Both the position numbers and the translations under genes were made by a program. A DNA stretch of 7,039 nucleotides from a virus (Duplodnaviria; Heunggongvirae; Uroviricota; Caudoviricetes). The DNA lies in the IMG/VR virus record IMGVR_UViG_2703719389_000003. One strand, 5' to 3'. The stretch's first letter is position 1. Each line of letters opens with the position of its first letter. A model generated the notes under the pieces. The model worked only from the letters and a program-made list of their open reading frames with translations, had not been told where the DNA came from and did no database searches. This document shows, piece by piece, positions 1-7,039 of the stretch.

Positions 1-2618
1 ATTGCCGCACTCTGGTCTTCCAGTTTTTTATTGACGGTCTGCGTGATTTCATTGCTGACATTCGTAATGGACGTCCTGATTTCAGCCAGGTCCGGCGCAA
101 GCTGACCGTTATCAATCTGCGTCCACAACTCCTGGGCCAGATGTGTTTTCCCGATTTCTCCTTTGAAAAAATCCAGGTAACCTTCCGCATCATCGCTCGC
201 CCGACCGACAGCCTCCACGAATGCCGATTTGCCAACGGTGTTCACACTGCGAACGTAAAAATAATAATCATGGCCCGGTTTGATATTGATACTGGCGGCT
301 ATCCAGTACAGCGCCGTACCAAGATAGCGGGCTGTGGTTTCAACCTGCCTGATATCGGTAATCCGCTTTTCCGAGAACCAGAACTCAAACTGTACCGTCG
401 GGTCATAAACAGCAAGATGCGGCGTGGCGGTTATCTGAAAATAGCCCGGCGTCAGCTCAATCCTCGACGGTGCTGCCGGTGCGGCAATCCGGAACGATAC
501 CGACGCCGGATCGCCCTGCTGCCCCCGGGCATTTACCGCCCGGACTGTCAGCCTGTAGTTCCCCAGCGCCAGTTGCGTGAAGCGGTATGTGGTTTCCGTC
601 GTCCGGGCCGTGCTGACCAGTCGCTCACTGCCGTCGTCCGCTGTTACGGTCAGACGGAGCAGGAAGCTCACGCCCTTCACCACCTTCGGTGTGTCCCATC
701 GCGCCAGCACCTGATATTCCCCGCTGTCTGCAGTGACTTCGGCGGTCAGGTGCTGCACTGCTGGCGGCGTGACACCATTCACCGTGCCGCTCTGGTCACC
801 GTCAAAGTGCGCCCCGTTATCCACGATGGCTTCTTTCTCCGGTACATGCTGCACGGCGGTGATGGCATACGTGCCGTCATCGTTCTCACGGATACTCACG
901 CAGCGGAACAGGCGCTGGCGCAGCGTCGGCAGCTTCAGCCCCCACACGCTGTATTCTGCAACGCCGTCAGGAACACGGCTCACTTTCACCTTCACGCCGT
1001 CGGTGACGGACTGGACCTCCACGCTGACCGGATTACCCTGACCGTCAACCAGGCTTATCAGCGTGGTACCGGAGGATGGCAGCGTGATTTCACGGTCGAG
1101 CGTCAGCGTCCGGGTCTGGCTGTTCACCGCCAGCACGCGCCCGCCGGTGCTGATACCCGCATAGTCATCATCGCAGATTTCAATGACATCCCCCGGTACA
1201 TGGCGAAGCCCTTCCGCACCCACGCTGAAGTCCACGGTCTGCGTTTCCAGCAGTTCCGTTTTAATCAGCCACAGCCCGGCGCGGTGCGCCTGCCCCCGGC
1301 TGGTACAGCCAAAGGCATCCATCTTCGTGACGTTACGACCGTAACGGGCAATGGCCTGCGTATCTTCAACAAGCTCTGTCGCCGTCTCCCAGCCGTTATC
1401 CGGGTCAATCCAGTTCACCTCAACGGCATTATGACGGTCCTTCAGGGCACTGAAGCTGTAGCGGAACGGCGCGCCATCATCCGGCATCACCACATTACTG
1501 CGGTTATAGGTCCACACCTTATCCGACGGTCGGTCCTGCACGAACGTCAGCGTCTGCCCGTTCCATACCGGCATACAGCGCATCGCCGAGCAGAAATCAC
1601 TGAGAACATCCCACGCCTTGCGCTGTGTGGTCAGGTAGGCATTACAGGTGATGCGCGGCTCCGTGCCACCAAAGCCATCCGGCACCGACTGGTCGCAATT
1701 CTGGCCGATGACATACAGCGCCCATTTGTCCACATCCGCCGCACCGAGACGCTTCCCCATGCCGTAGCGCGGATGGGTCAGCATATCCCACAGACACCAG
1801 GCCATGTTGTTGCTGTATGCTGGCTTAAACGTTCCGTCCCAGATACCGCTGTATTGCCGCGTCTGCGGGTTATAGTTCGACGGCACCTGCAGAATGCGCC
1901 CGCGAAGATGATAATTACGGCTCACCTGCTGGCTGCCGAACTGTTCCGAGTCCACCTGCACGCCGACCAGTGCCGTGTTCGGGTAGCCCTGTTTCACATC
2001 GATGATTTCGGTGTATGACGACCAGAGCGTTTTGTTCTGCAGCTGGTCTGTGGTGCTGTCCGGCGTCATTCTGCGCATCCGGATATTAAACGGGCGCGGC
2101 GGCAGGTTATCCACCACCACCGAGGCCAGATACTGCGAGGTGGTTTTGCCCTTAATGGTGATGTCTTTTTCCGTCACCCAGCCACCGTTACGCTGGATCT
2201 GAACCAGCAGGCGGACTTCCGACGGATTCCTGTCCCCCTTTGAGGTGGTTTCCACCAGTGCCTGCACACCGAAGGTAAAGCGCAGACGGTCGATGTTTGC
2301 CGACGTGATGGTCCGGGTGATCGGCGTGTCATATTTCACTTCCGTACCCAGCACCGTCTCGGAGCCGGAGGATTCAAATCCCTCCGGCGGTGTCTGCTCC
2401 TGCTCACCTGCCCGGAACACCACCGTGACACCGGATATATTGGTATTCCCCTCACTGTCCAGCACCGGCGTACTGTTCAGCAGCACGCTTTTTAATCCGT
2501 CCACCGGACCTTCAACCGGCCCTTCGCTGATGGCATCGATCACACTCAGCAGCTGCGTGGACTTCAGGTTGTCCCTCGCTTCGCGCGGGGTATGCCCCTT
2601 ACTGCTTCCTTTACCCAT
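1..2618 (-). CDS. J: Tail tip host-specificity protein J (central tail fibre), N-terminal ~872 codons; the 3' end (C-terminal receptor-binding part) lies beyond the left edge of the window
   Basis: Hand translation of the minus strand from the ATG at 2616-2618 gives [13 protein letters not shown]..., matching the lambda gpJ N-terminus as I recall it. Two further checkpoints are in the same frame: around 1170-1200 ([10 protein letters not shown]) and at the left edge around 3-185 ([61 protein letters not shown]). GGAG/GAGGA Shine-Dalgarno lies just upstream (2619-2631 on minus). The ORF track shows no minus-strand ORF here, probably because the ORF has no stop inside the window. I did not scan every codon for stops. 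Confidence 0.88.
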   Translation of the reverse strand, partial: MGKGSSKGHTPREARDNLKSTQLLSVIDAISEGPVEGPVDGLKSVLLNSTPVLDSEGNTNISGVTVVFRAGEQEQTPPEGFESSGSETVLGTEVKYDTPITRTITSANIDRLRFTFGVQALVETTSKGDRNPSEVRLLVQIQRNGGWVTEKDITIKGKTTSQYLASVVVDNLPPRPFNIRMRRMTPDSTTDQLQNKTLWSSYTEIIDVKQGYPNTALVGVQVDSEQFGSQQVSRNYHLRGRILQVPSNYNPQTRQYSGIWDGTFKPAYSNNMAWCLWDMLTHPRYGMGKRLGAADVDKWALYVIGQNCDQSVPDGFGGTEPRITCNAYLTTQRKAWDVLSDFCSAMRCMPVWNGQTLTFVQDRPSDKVWTYNRSNVVMPDDGAPFRYSFSALKDRHNAVEVNWIDPDNGWETATELVEDTQAIARYGRNVTKMDAFGCTSRGQAHRAGLWLIKTELLETQTVDFSVGAEGLRHVPGDVIEICDDDYAGISTGGRVLAVNSQTRTLTLDREITLPSSGTTLISLVDGQGNPVSVEVQSVTDGVKVKVSRVPDGVAEYSVWGLKLPTLRQRLFRCVSIRENDDGTYAITAVQHVPEKEAIVDNGAHFDGDQSGTVNGVTPPAVQHLTAEVTADSGEYQVLARWDTPKVVKGVSFLLRLTVTADDGSERLVSTARTTETTYRFTQLALGNYRLTVRAVNARGQQGDPASVSFRIAAPAAPSRIELTPGYFQITATPHLAVYDPTVQFEFWFSEKRITDIRQVETTARYLGTALYWIAASINIKPGHDYYFYVRSVNTVGKSAFVEAVGRASDDAEGYLDFFKGEIGKTHLAQELWTQIDNGQLAPDLAEIRTSITNVSNEITQTVNKKLEDQSAA

Positions 2619-2629
2619 TCCTCACACTC

Positions 2630-2660
2630 CATAAACAACAAAGCCGCCCAAAAGGCGGCT
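2630..2660 (-). terminator. Candidate Rho-independent terminator downstream of the moron lipoprotein gene, abutting the J ribosome-binding site
   Basis: Perfect 7 bp GC-rich inverted repeat: agccgcc (2642-2648), loop caaaa (2649-2653), ggcggct (2654-2660). Read on the minus strand it is AGCCGCC-UUUUG-GGCGGCU followed by the U-rich tract UUGUUGUUUAU (plus 2641-2631). It sits 25 nt after the lipoprotein stop codon. No free-energy calculation was done. Confidence 0.5.
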
Positions 2661-2684
2661 CATGAGTTACGACAGGATTAACTA

Positions 2685-3023
2685 TTATTTACATGCATTA
2701 ACACTATCAGCAAAAATTTTTGGCGTTAATGCTGGTACACGTTCATAAAGAGTAAAACTACTGCCATTTCCTGCTTTTTTGATATCAAGCACAACATCAT
2801 ATCCCCCCATAGCCTGTGGAACTAAAAGGCTTACCCCATTCTCAATAGGAAGGGATGTTATAGGTGTTCCATTACCAGCCCATTGTCTGGATATGCAGCC
2901 TGACAATTCATCAATATTTTTTAATGAATTACCTTCCATTACAGGTTTTCCGGATTTTACGTAATCCAAAGATTTACATCCTGTTAAGGCAATAATCGTG
3001 CAGAATAAAATCGTTTTGTTCAT
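2685..3023 (-). CDS. Small predicted outer-membrane lipoprotein of unknown function (112 aa, phage moron inserted between I and J)
   Basis: Corresponds to the 2685..3035 ORF in the track, which begins at a TTG; I place the start at the ATG at 3021-3023 (MNKTILFCTIIALTGCKS...). The N-terminus has a signal peptide (positive n-region, hydrophobic core) and a lipobox L-T-G-C with Cys at position 16. The +2 residue is Lys rather than Asp, suggesting outer-membrane sorting. The gene lies in a strongly AT-rich segment: a hand count of 2701-2760 gives ~33% GC versus ~52% for 2581-2640. It has its own downstream hairpin terminator. No clear Shine-Dalgarno is present, which lowers confidence. I do not recognise the protein family. 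Confidence 0.6.
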   Translation of the reverse strand: MNKTILFCTIIALTGCKSLDYVKSGKPVMEGNSLKNIDELSGCISRQWAGNGTPITSLPIENGVSLLVPQAMGGYDVVLDIKKAGNGSSFTLYERVPALTPKIFADSVNACK

Positions 3024-3096
3024 ATAGCTAACCAATAGAATAATTATCAGTGTTCGATATAAATATTAAATTAGTTAGAACATGAGTAAAATAATA
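3024..3096 (-). promoter_or_regulatory. AT-rich intergenic region upstream of the lipoprotein gene; possible moron promoter (candidate -10 GATAAT at plus 3043-3048 on the minus strand)
   Basis: A 73 bp very AT-rich spacer lies between the I stop (3097-3099) and the lipoprotein ATG. It contains a GATAAT hexamer, with a weak TTTAAT/ATTTAA -35-like element 16-17 bp upstream. Only weak consensus matches; not experimentally or computationally scored. Confidence 0.2.
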
Positions 3097-3738
3097 TTAC
3101 CGCCCAATTACCACAACCTGACCACCATCCCCTTCATCTGCCGTGCTAATCTCCTGAGATGCCACACGTGACCCCACGCGCATTTCACCGTACAGAACAG
3201 GCAGGACATTGCCCTGGGCAACCATGTTATCCAGTGAGGAGAAATAGGTGTTCTGTTTGCCGTTATCCGTTGTCTGTGTACGGGGAGTTCTGGCTTTCGG
3301 TGCCAGCATCTGCGCCACACCACCAAGCGTCATCGCCGCACCCATTGAAAAGAGAATGTCACTGAAAGCGATACTGATCCCCGGCATCCAGATTGCCGTA
3401 GCAATCAACGCCGCACCCAGCACCGCCTGAAACACACCGCCACTTTTTGCTCCCGCAAGACGCGGCACGATGTGGATCACGGCACCATTTGCCAGCGGCT
3501 CATTAAGACGGGATGATAATTCGGTTTCTCCTGCATCCCGCCCGGCAATCCGTACCTGATACCAGCCATCGCTCAGTTTCTGACGAAACGCCGGGAGCTG
3601 TGTGGCCAGTGCCCGGATGGCTTCAGCCCCCGTTTTCACACGAAGGTCGATGCGGCGGCCAAATCGTTGCAAATCCCCGTAAAGGCAGATGCGTGCCATT
3701 CCCGGTGACGCCAGAGGGAGTGTGTGCGTCGCTGCCAT
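3097..3738 (-). CDS. I: Tail tip assembly protein I (213 aa)
   Basis: The translation begins MAATHTLPLASPGMARICLYGDLQRFGRRIDLRVKTGAEAIRALATQLPAFRQKL and ends ...EISTADEGDGGQVVVIGR, matching lambda gpI termini as I recall them. It is about 10 aa shorter than lambda gpI (223 aa) in the central Gly/Ala-rich hydrophobic segment. Its 5' end overlaps the 3' end of K by 103 nt, as in lambda. Confidence 0.9.
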   Translation of the reverse strand: MAATHTLPLASPGMARICLYGDLQRFGRRIDLRVKTGAEAIRALATQLPAFRQKLSDGWYQVRIAGRDAGETELSSRLNEPLANGAVIHIVPRLAGAKSGGVFQAVLGAALIATAIWMPGISIAFSDILFSMGAAMTLGGVAQMLAPKARTPRTQTTDNGKQNTYFSSLDNMVAQGNVLPVLYGEMRVGSRVASQEISTADEGDGGQVVVIGR

Positions 3739-4379
3739 TTGTCGGTATACCTCTCTCGTTTACTCAGTTGTTCAGGAATATGGTGCAGCAGCTCACCGTC
3801 GCCGCAGTAAATGGCGGCGTGATTCGGCACCGATGAACCAAAACAGCACAGCAGCACATCGCCCGGCTGCGCCTCTGTCAGTGCGACACGGTAAAAACCA
3901 GTAGCCTCCATATTGTCAAGATAGAGATTCTGACCGTGACGCCACCAGTCATCCCCGCGATGAAAATCCGGCATCTCAATCCCCGCCAGATGGTAAGCAT
4001 CCCGGAACAGTGTGTAACAGTCCGTCACCCCGTACTCAAAGCGCCGCCCGGTGAGATGCGGCACACAGCGGAACTTGTGAATCGCCCCCCGGCAGACCAG
4101 CCACCACGGCAAATCGCTCTGCACCTGCAGCCGCCGGTCAGCCTCACTCAGCCAGGGCAGACCACCGGGGTGGCTGTGGACCAGCGCCACAATCTCACCC
4201 TGCATCTCTGCCTGCAGCCAGTCCTCCGGAGCCATCCGGAAATACGCCTCCGGCTCACCGGAGATATTCACGCAGGGGAAATATCTTTCCCCCTCCGGTG
4301 TTCTCACCACGAAGCCGCACGACTCCGCTGGCGCACATCGCCGGGCGTGCGCCAGAATCGCTGATTCTGTCTCTGTCAT
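3636..4379 (-). CDS. K: Tail tip assembly protein K, with JAMM/MPN-type metalloprotease motif and NlpC/P60-like region (247 aa from the MTETES start; lambda-annotated start equivalent would be the internal Met at 4235)
   Basis: The ORF track gives 3636..4421; I choose the ATG at 4377-4379 (MTETESAILAHARRC...), which lies 4 nt after the L stop, rather than the upstream ATG that overlaps L. A JAMM motif H-S-H-x7-S-x2-D (HSHPGGLPWLSEAD) is encoded at about 4137-4178. A conserved Cys (GVTDCYTLF) and His residues (NHAAIYCGDGELLHH) are consistent with NlpC/P60. The C-terminal 199 aa match lambda gpK (MA[AP]EDWLQAEMQGEIVALVHSHPGG...) as I recall it. Confidence 0.82.
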   Translation of the reverse strand: MTETESAILAHARRCAPAESCGFVVRTPEGERYFPCVNISGEPEAYFRMAPEDWLQAEMQGEIVALVHSHPGGLPWLSEADRRLQVQSDLPWWLVCRGAIHKFRCVPHLTGRRFEYGVTDCYTLFRDAYHLAGIEMPDFHRGDDWWRHGQNLYLDNMEATGFYRVALTEAQPGDVLLCCFGSSVPNHAAIYCGDGELLHHIPEQLSKRERYTDKWQRRTHSLWRHREWHASAFTGICNDLAAASTFV

Positions 4380-4383
4380 GGGA

Positions 4384-5082
4384 TTACTGCGAAAGTTTGT
4401 TAATGGAAAGGAAGCCGCCAAAGTTGCCGACGTTATTGCGAAACTTACAGCCGCTCAGGCATTTGCTGCATTTATCCTTCGTGATATCGGACGTCGGCTG
4501 GTCATATTCATCCGCGACTGCCGGACCGTGATAACCGCACTCATCACCGCGATAGGTCCAGGTGCAGGTGTTGGCCAGCATGATACGCCCCGGAAAAACA
4601 GCGCCATCCGTTTCTGTCGGCGTGGACAGTACAAAGGAGGCACTCACCGCGCTCAGTTCGCTGCACTGCTCGATGCGCCAGCGGCTGATCACCTCCTGCT
4701 CCGGATCGGCGTCTCTGTTTCCGTTGACGAAGTTCACCGCATCCAGAAAACGGGCGTAAACCTTACGCCGGACCACCGTTCCGCCGACCAGACTCTGCAT
4801 ATCTTCCACCATACCGGTGACCATGCCGTACAGGTTAGAGACTGCCAGCGTGGGCCGCGTACTGGTGCCTTTGCCATTCAGTTCAAAACCGCTCCCCTGA
4901 ATGGGATACGCCTGATACTGCCTCCCCTGCCAGGTGACCGGCTCACCTTTTTCGTTCTGCTCATTACAGAAAAAATAACGTTCTCCACCGACCTCTGTCA
5001 GATCGATTTCCCAGAGCACCACGCTGGCCGACTGCTCCGCACGGGTGCATTCATTCAGTGTTTCCTGCCGGATATCCTGCAT
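4384..5082 (-). CDS. L: Minor tail / tail tip assembly protein L (232 aa), with C-terminal cysteine cluster consistent with an Fe-S centre
   Basis: The translation begins MQDIRQETLNECTRAEQSASVVLWEIDLTEVGGERYFFCNEQNEKGEPV, the same length and N-terminus as lambda gpL. C-terminal cysteines (CTWTYRGDECGYHGP...CSKCLSGC) are present. The M stop and L start overlap as TGATG, as in lambda. Confidence 0.92.
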   Translation of the reverse strand: MQDIRQETLNECTRAEQSASVVLWEIDLTEVGGERYFFCNEQNEKGEPVTWQGRQYQAYPIQGSGFELNGKGTSTRPTLAVSNLYGMVTGMVEDMQSLVGGTVVRRKVYARFLDAVNFVNGNRDADPEQEVISRWRIEQCSELSAVSASFVLSTPTETDGAVFPGRIMLANTCTWTYRGDECGYHGPAVADEYDQPTSDITKDKCSKCLSGCKFRNNVGNFGGFLSINKLSQ

Positions 5083-5411
5083 CAGTTCACCACCTGTTTA
5101 AACTCTGCGCTGAACCCAACACGCAACATACTGACCTGCGACGACCATTTTGCGCAGGTCACCTTTATCTGCCTGTAACCATAAGGCGGCGTCCACAGAA
5201 AGGCCTTCCAGCCCCCGTGCTCAGCCAGAAACGACTCCAGCGCCGTGGCCTCCTCACGGGAGACAGACAGCGTCACGCTGTACGTTTTCAGGTCAGCGTT
5301 CAGCCCGGCAGGCGCACGCTGGGAATAGCCATCACCAAAGCGCACCTCCCTGACGGAAGGAGCCGATGTCACATCCATCCCGGGTTTCACTTTCCAGCGG
5401 AAGGTCTTCAT
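5082..5411 (-). CDS. M: Minor tail protein M (109 aa)
   Basis: The translation MKTFRWKVKPGMDV...KVTCAKWSSQVSMLRVGFSAEFKQVVN is near-identical in length and sequence to lambda gpM as I recall it. GGAGG Shine-Dalgarno lies ~8 nt upstream. The H stop and M start overlap as ATGA (plus 5408-5411), as in lambda. Confidence 0.92.
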   Translation of the reverse strand: MKTFRWKVKPGMDVTSAPSVREVRFGDGYSQRAPAGLNADLKTYSVTLSVSREEATALESFLAEHGGWKAFLWTPPYGYRQIKVTCAKWSSQVSMLRVGFSAEFKQVVN

Positions 5412-6937
5412 CGTCCACCTCCGGAGAACAGTCCACCATCACGCATCTGTGTCTGAATTTCATCACGGGCACCCTTGCGGGCCATGTCATACACCGCCTT
5501 CAGAGCAGCCGGACCTATCTGCCCGTTCGTGCCGTCGTTGTTAATCACCACATGGTTATTCTGCTCAAACGTCCCGGACGCCTGCGACCGGCTGTCAGCC
5601 AGACTGCCCGGTGTACCGACATAACCACCGGTGGCATAGCCGCGCATCAGCCGGTAGAGATTCCCCACGCCAATCCGGCTGGTTGCCTCCTTTGTGAAGA
5701 CAAATTCACCACGGTGAACAATCCCCGCTGGCTCATATTTGCCGCCGGTTCCCGTAAATCCTCCGGTTGCAAAATGGAATTTCGCCGCAGCGGCCTGAAT
5801 GGCTGTACCGCCTGACGCGGATGCGCCGCCACCAACAGCCCCGCCAATGGCGCTGCCGATACTCCCGACAATCCCCACCATTGCCTGCTTAAGCAGAATT
5901 TCTGTCATCATGGACAGCACGGAACGGGTGAATCCCCGCCAGTTCTGTTCGCTGCCGGTCAGCATCGCCGCCATATTCTGTGCAATACCGTCAAAGGTCT
6001 GCGTGGCCACACTTTTAACCTGCGAAAAACTGTCCGTCGCACTTTCCGCCCACTCTCCCCAGCCGGACTTCATCCCGGCCATCCAGCTTCCACGAAGCTG
6101 CTCCTCCGCAGACCAGGTGTTCTTCAGTGCCGATGTGGCCTTCGCCAGCGCAGCCGGATTATCACCGTACACCTCACGAAGGCGCTGCTCTTCCGACTCC
6201 CGCTGCGCCTGACGGTCGGTGAGGCCGCGGGCTTTTGCGCTGATTGCCGCCTGCTTCGCGCTTTGCTGCTGTTCAAACCGCGCCGCCTGCTGTGCCAGCT
6301 CATTCAGCCGCTTCTGGTGTTCAATCTTGTCTCCCAGCTCAGCCAGCTGGCGTTTGTACTCCAGCGTCTCTTTCTCATGAGCCAGCAGGGATTTTTCCTG
6401 CTCAGATAACTGCCGTTTCGTGGCGGCCTCTTTCAGGACCACATACTGACTTTCCGCTTCCCATAAATCCCGGCGCTGCTGGCTGATTTTCTCATTCACA
6501 CCGCTGTGTTTTTCCAGCGTCCTGAGCTCGGTTTCAAGCGCCAGCAGGGCTGCATGCGCCCGGTCTTCCTGGCGCTCACCGGCAGACACCTTCACACCTG
6601 ACGGCTTTTTCAGCGTCGATTCATAATCCTTTTTTGCCGACGCCATCAGCGTGTTGTAATCCGCCTGCAGGATTTTTCCGTCTTTCAGGGCCTTATTCAG
6701 CTCTTTCTGACGGGCGGTATATTTATCCAGCGGCGTCTGCAGGCGCTCATACGCCTTCTGCGCCTCTCCGGTATACTTCAGCTGTGACGACTCACGCTCA
6801 GCCCTGTCCCTTGCCGCCAGTTCACCGGCTTTTTCCATATCCGACTGCAGCGTGGCCGCTGCCAGACCCAGACGGGCATTTTCCCGGTCATCCCATGCCC
6901 CCTGAAGGTTCGCACGAAAAGAGGAGGTCTTTCCCAT
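5408..6937 (-). CDS. H: Tail length tape-measure protein H, C-terminal ~500-aa portion only (509-aa ORF; lacks the equivalent of about the first 350 aa of lambda gpH); possibly a 5'-truncated remnant
   Basis: From about residue 15 (WDDRENARLGL...) to the C-terminus (...QTQMRDGGLFSGGGR) the ORF is collinear with the C-terminal part of lambda gpH (853 aa), including the LKYTxEAQKAYERLQTPLxKYTARQ segment and the Gly-rich C-terminal region. The first ~14 codons (MGKTSSFRANLQGA) do not match lambda. An in-frame TAA lies at 6995-6997, and the upstream DNA is lower in GC (~42% by hand count) with no convincing Shine-Dalgarno. Confidence 0.78.
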   Translation of the reverse strand: MGKTSSFRANLQGAWDDRENARLGLAAATLQSDMEKAGELAARDRAERESSQLKYTGEAQKAYERLQTPLDKYTARQKELNKALKDGKILQADYNTLMASAKKDYESTLKKPSGVKVSAGERQEDRAHAALLALETELRTLEKHSGVNEKISQQRRDLWEAESQYVVLKEAATKRQLSEQEKSLLAHEKETLEYKRQLAELGDKIEHQKRLNELAQQAARFEQQQSAKQAAISAKARGLTDRQAQRESEEQRLREVYGDNPAALAKATSALKNTWSAEEQLRGSWMAGMKSGWGEWAESATDSFSQVKSVATQTFDGIAQNMAAMLTGSEQNWRGFTRSVLSMMTEILLKQAMVGIVGSIGSAIGGAVGGGASASGGTAIQAAAAKFHFATGGFTGTGGKYEPAGIVHRGEFVFTKEATSRIGVGNLYRLMRGYATGGYVGTPGSLADSRSQASGTFEQNNHVVINNDGTNGQIGPAALKAVYDMARKGARDEIQTQMRDGGLFSGGGR

Positions 6938-7039
6938 AAGCGCTAACTTAAGGGTTGTGGTATTACGCCTGATATGATTTAACGTGCCGATGAATTACTC
7001 TCACGATAACTGGTCAGCAATTCTGGCCCATATTGGTAA

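Noticed and set aside
141-2018. 625-aa ORF on the plus strand
   Set aside because: It lies entirely antisense to J, whose minus-strand translation matches lambda gpJ at several checkpoints. Long antisense ORFs are common opposite GC-rich genes. No Shine-Dalgarno is present and the translation is Arg/Pro-rich and low-complexity, with no recognisable protein.
2779-2964. 61-aa plus-strand ORF inside the AT-rich insert
   Set aside because: It is antisense to the lipoprotein ORF, which has a far more convincing protein signature (signal peptide and lipobox). It is short and has no ribosome-binding site, so it is most likely spurious, although an antisense small-protein or RNA role cannot be strictly excluded.
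3023-3035. TTG start at 3035 giving a 116-aa lipoprotein precursor (MVSYMNKT...)
   Set aside because: The ATG at 3023 gives a canonical signal-peptide n-region (MNK) directly before the hydrophobic core. The extra four residues from the TTG add nothing, and neither start has a strong Shine-Dalgarno. The ATG was preferred but the TTG is not excluded.
3035-3050. Fur-box-like GATAAT-containing sequence upstream of the lipoprotein gene
   Set aside because: It contains only a single GATAAT hexamer within generally AT-rich DNA and does not form the 19 bp palindromic Fur consensus. Treated as a possible -10 element at most.
4378-5178. 266-aa plus-strand ORF, together with the 3513..3836, 3936..4364, 5058..5456, 5366..5815 and 5799..6212 plus-strand ORFs
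   Set aside because: All are antisense to the clearly homologous minus-strand tail genes I, K, L, M and H. They are Arg/Pro/His-rich translations typical of out-of-frame or antisense reading of GC-rich coding DNA.
6938-7039. Possible insertion-sequence end responsible for truncating H
   Set aside because: I could not recognise a terminal inverted repeat of IS1, IS2, IS3 or IS5 type in the ~100 bp available. The junction is reported as a finding without naming a mechanism.
1-7039. CRISPR arrays, tRNA or rRNA genes, and integrase or att sites
   Set aside because: No direct-repeat/spacer periodicity, no tRNA-like cloverleaf candidates and no integrase-like ORF were seen. The window is essentially fully occupied by tail genes plus the moron.

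Overview
The window is the tail-tip module of a lambda-like (lambdoid) prophage or phage, with every gene on the minus strand in the canonical lambda order H-M-L-K-I-J. The tape-measure gene H is represented only by its C-terminal ~500 codons, behind a sequence junction near 6938-6995. M, L, K and I are intact and tightly packed, with the ATGA and TGATG start/stop overlaps and the ~100 bp K/I overlap typical of lambda. J starts at 2618 and runs off the left edge of the window. The one element not explained by the lambda blueprint is a ~460 bp AT-rich insertion between I and J (about 2640-3096). It carries a small gene for a predicted outer-membrane lipoprotein followed by its own intrinsic terminator, which is classic 'moron' architecture, placed immediately upstream of the receptor-binding gene J. 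This is the most interesting candidate in the window; its function is unknown and I hypothesise receptor-masking or superinfection exclusion. All homology statements rest on my recollection of lambda protein sequences and on hand translation; no database search was run.
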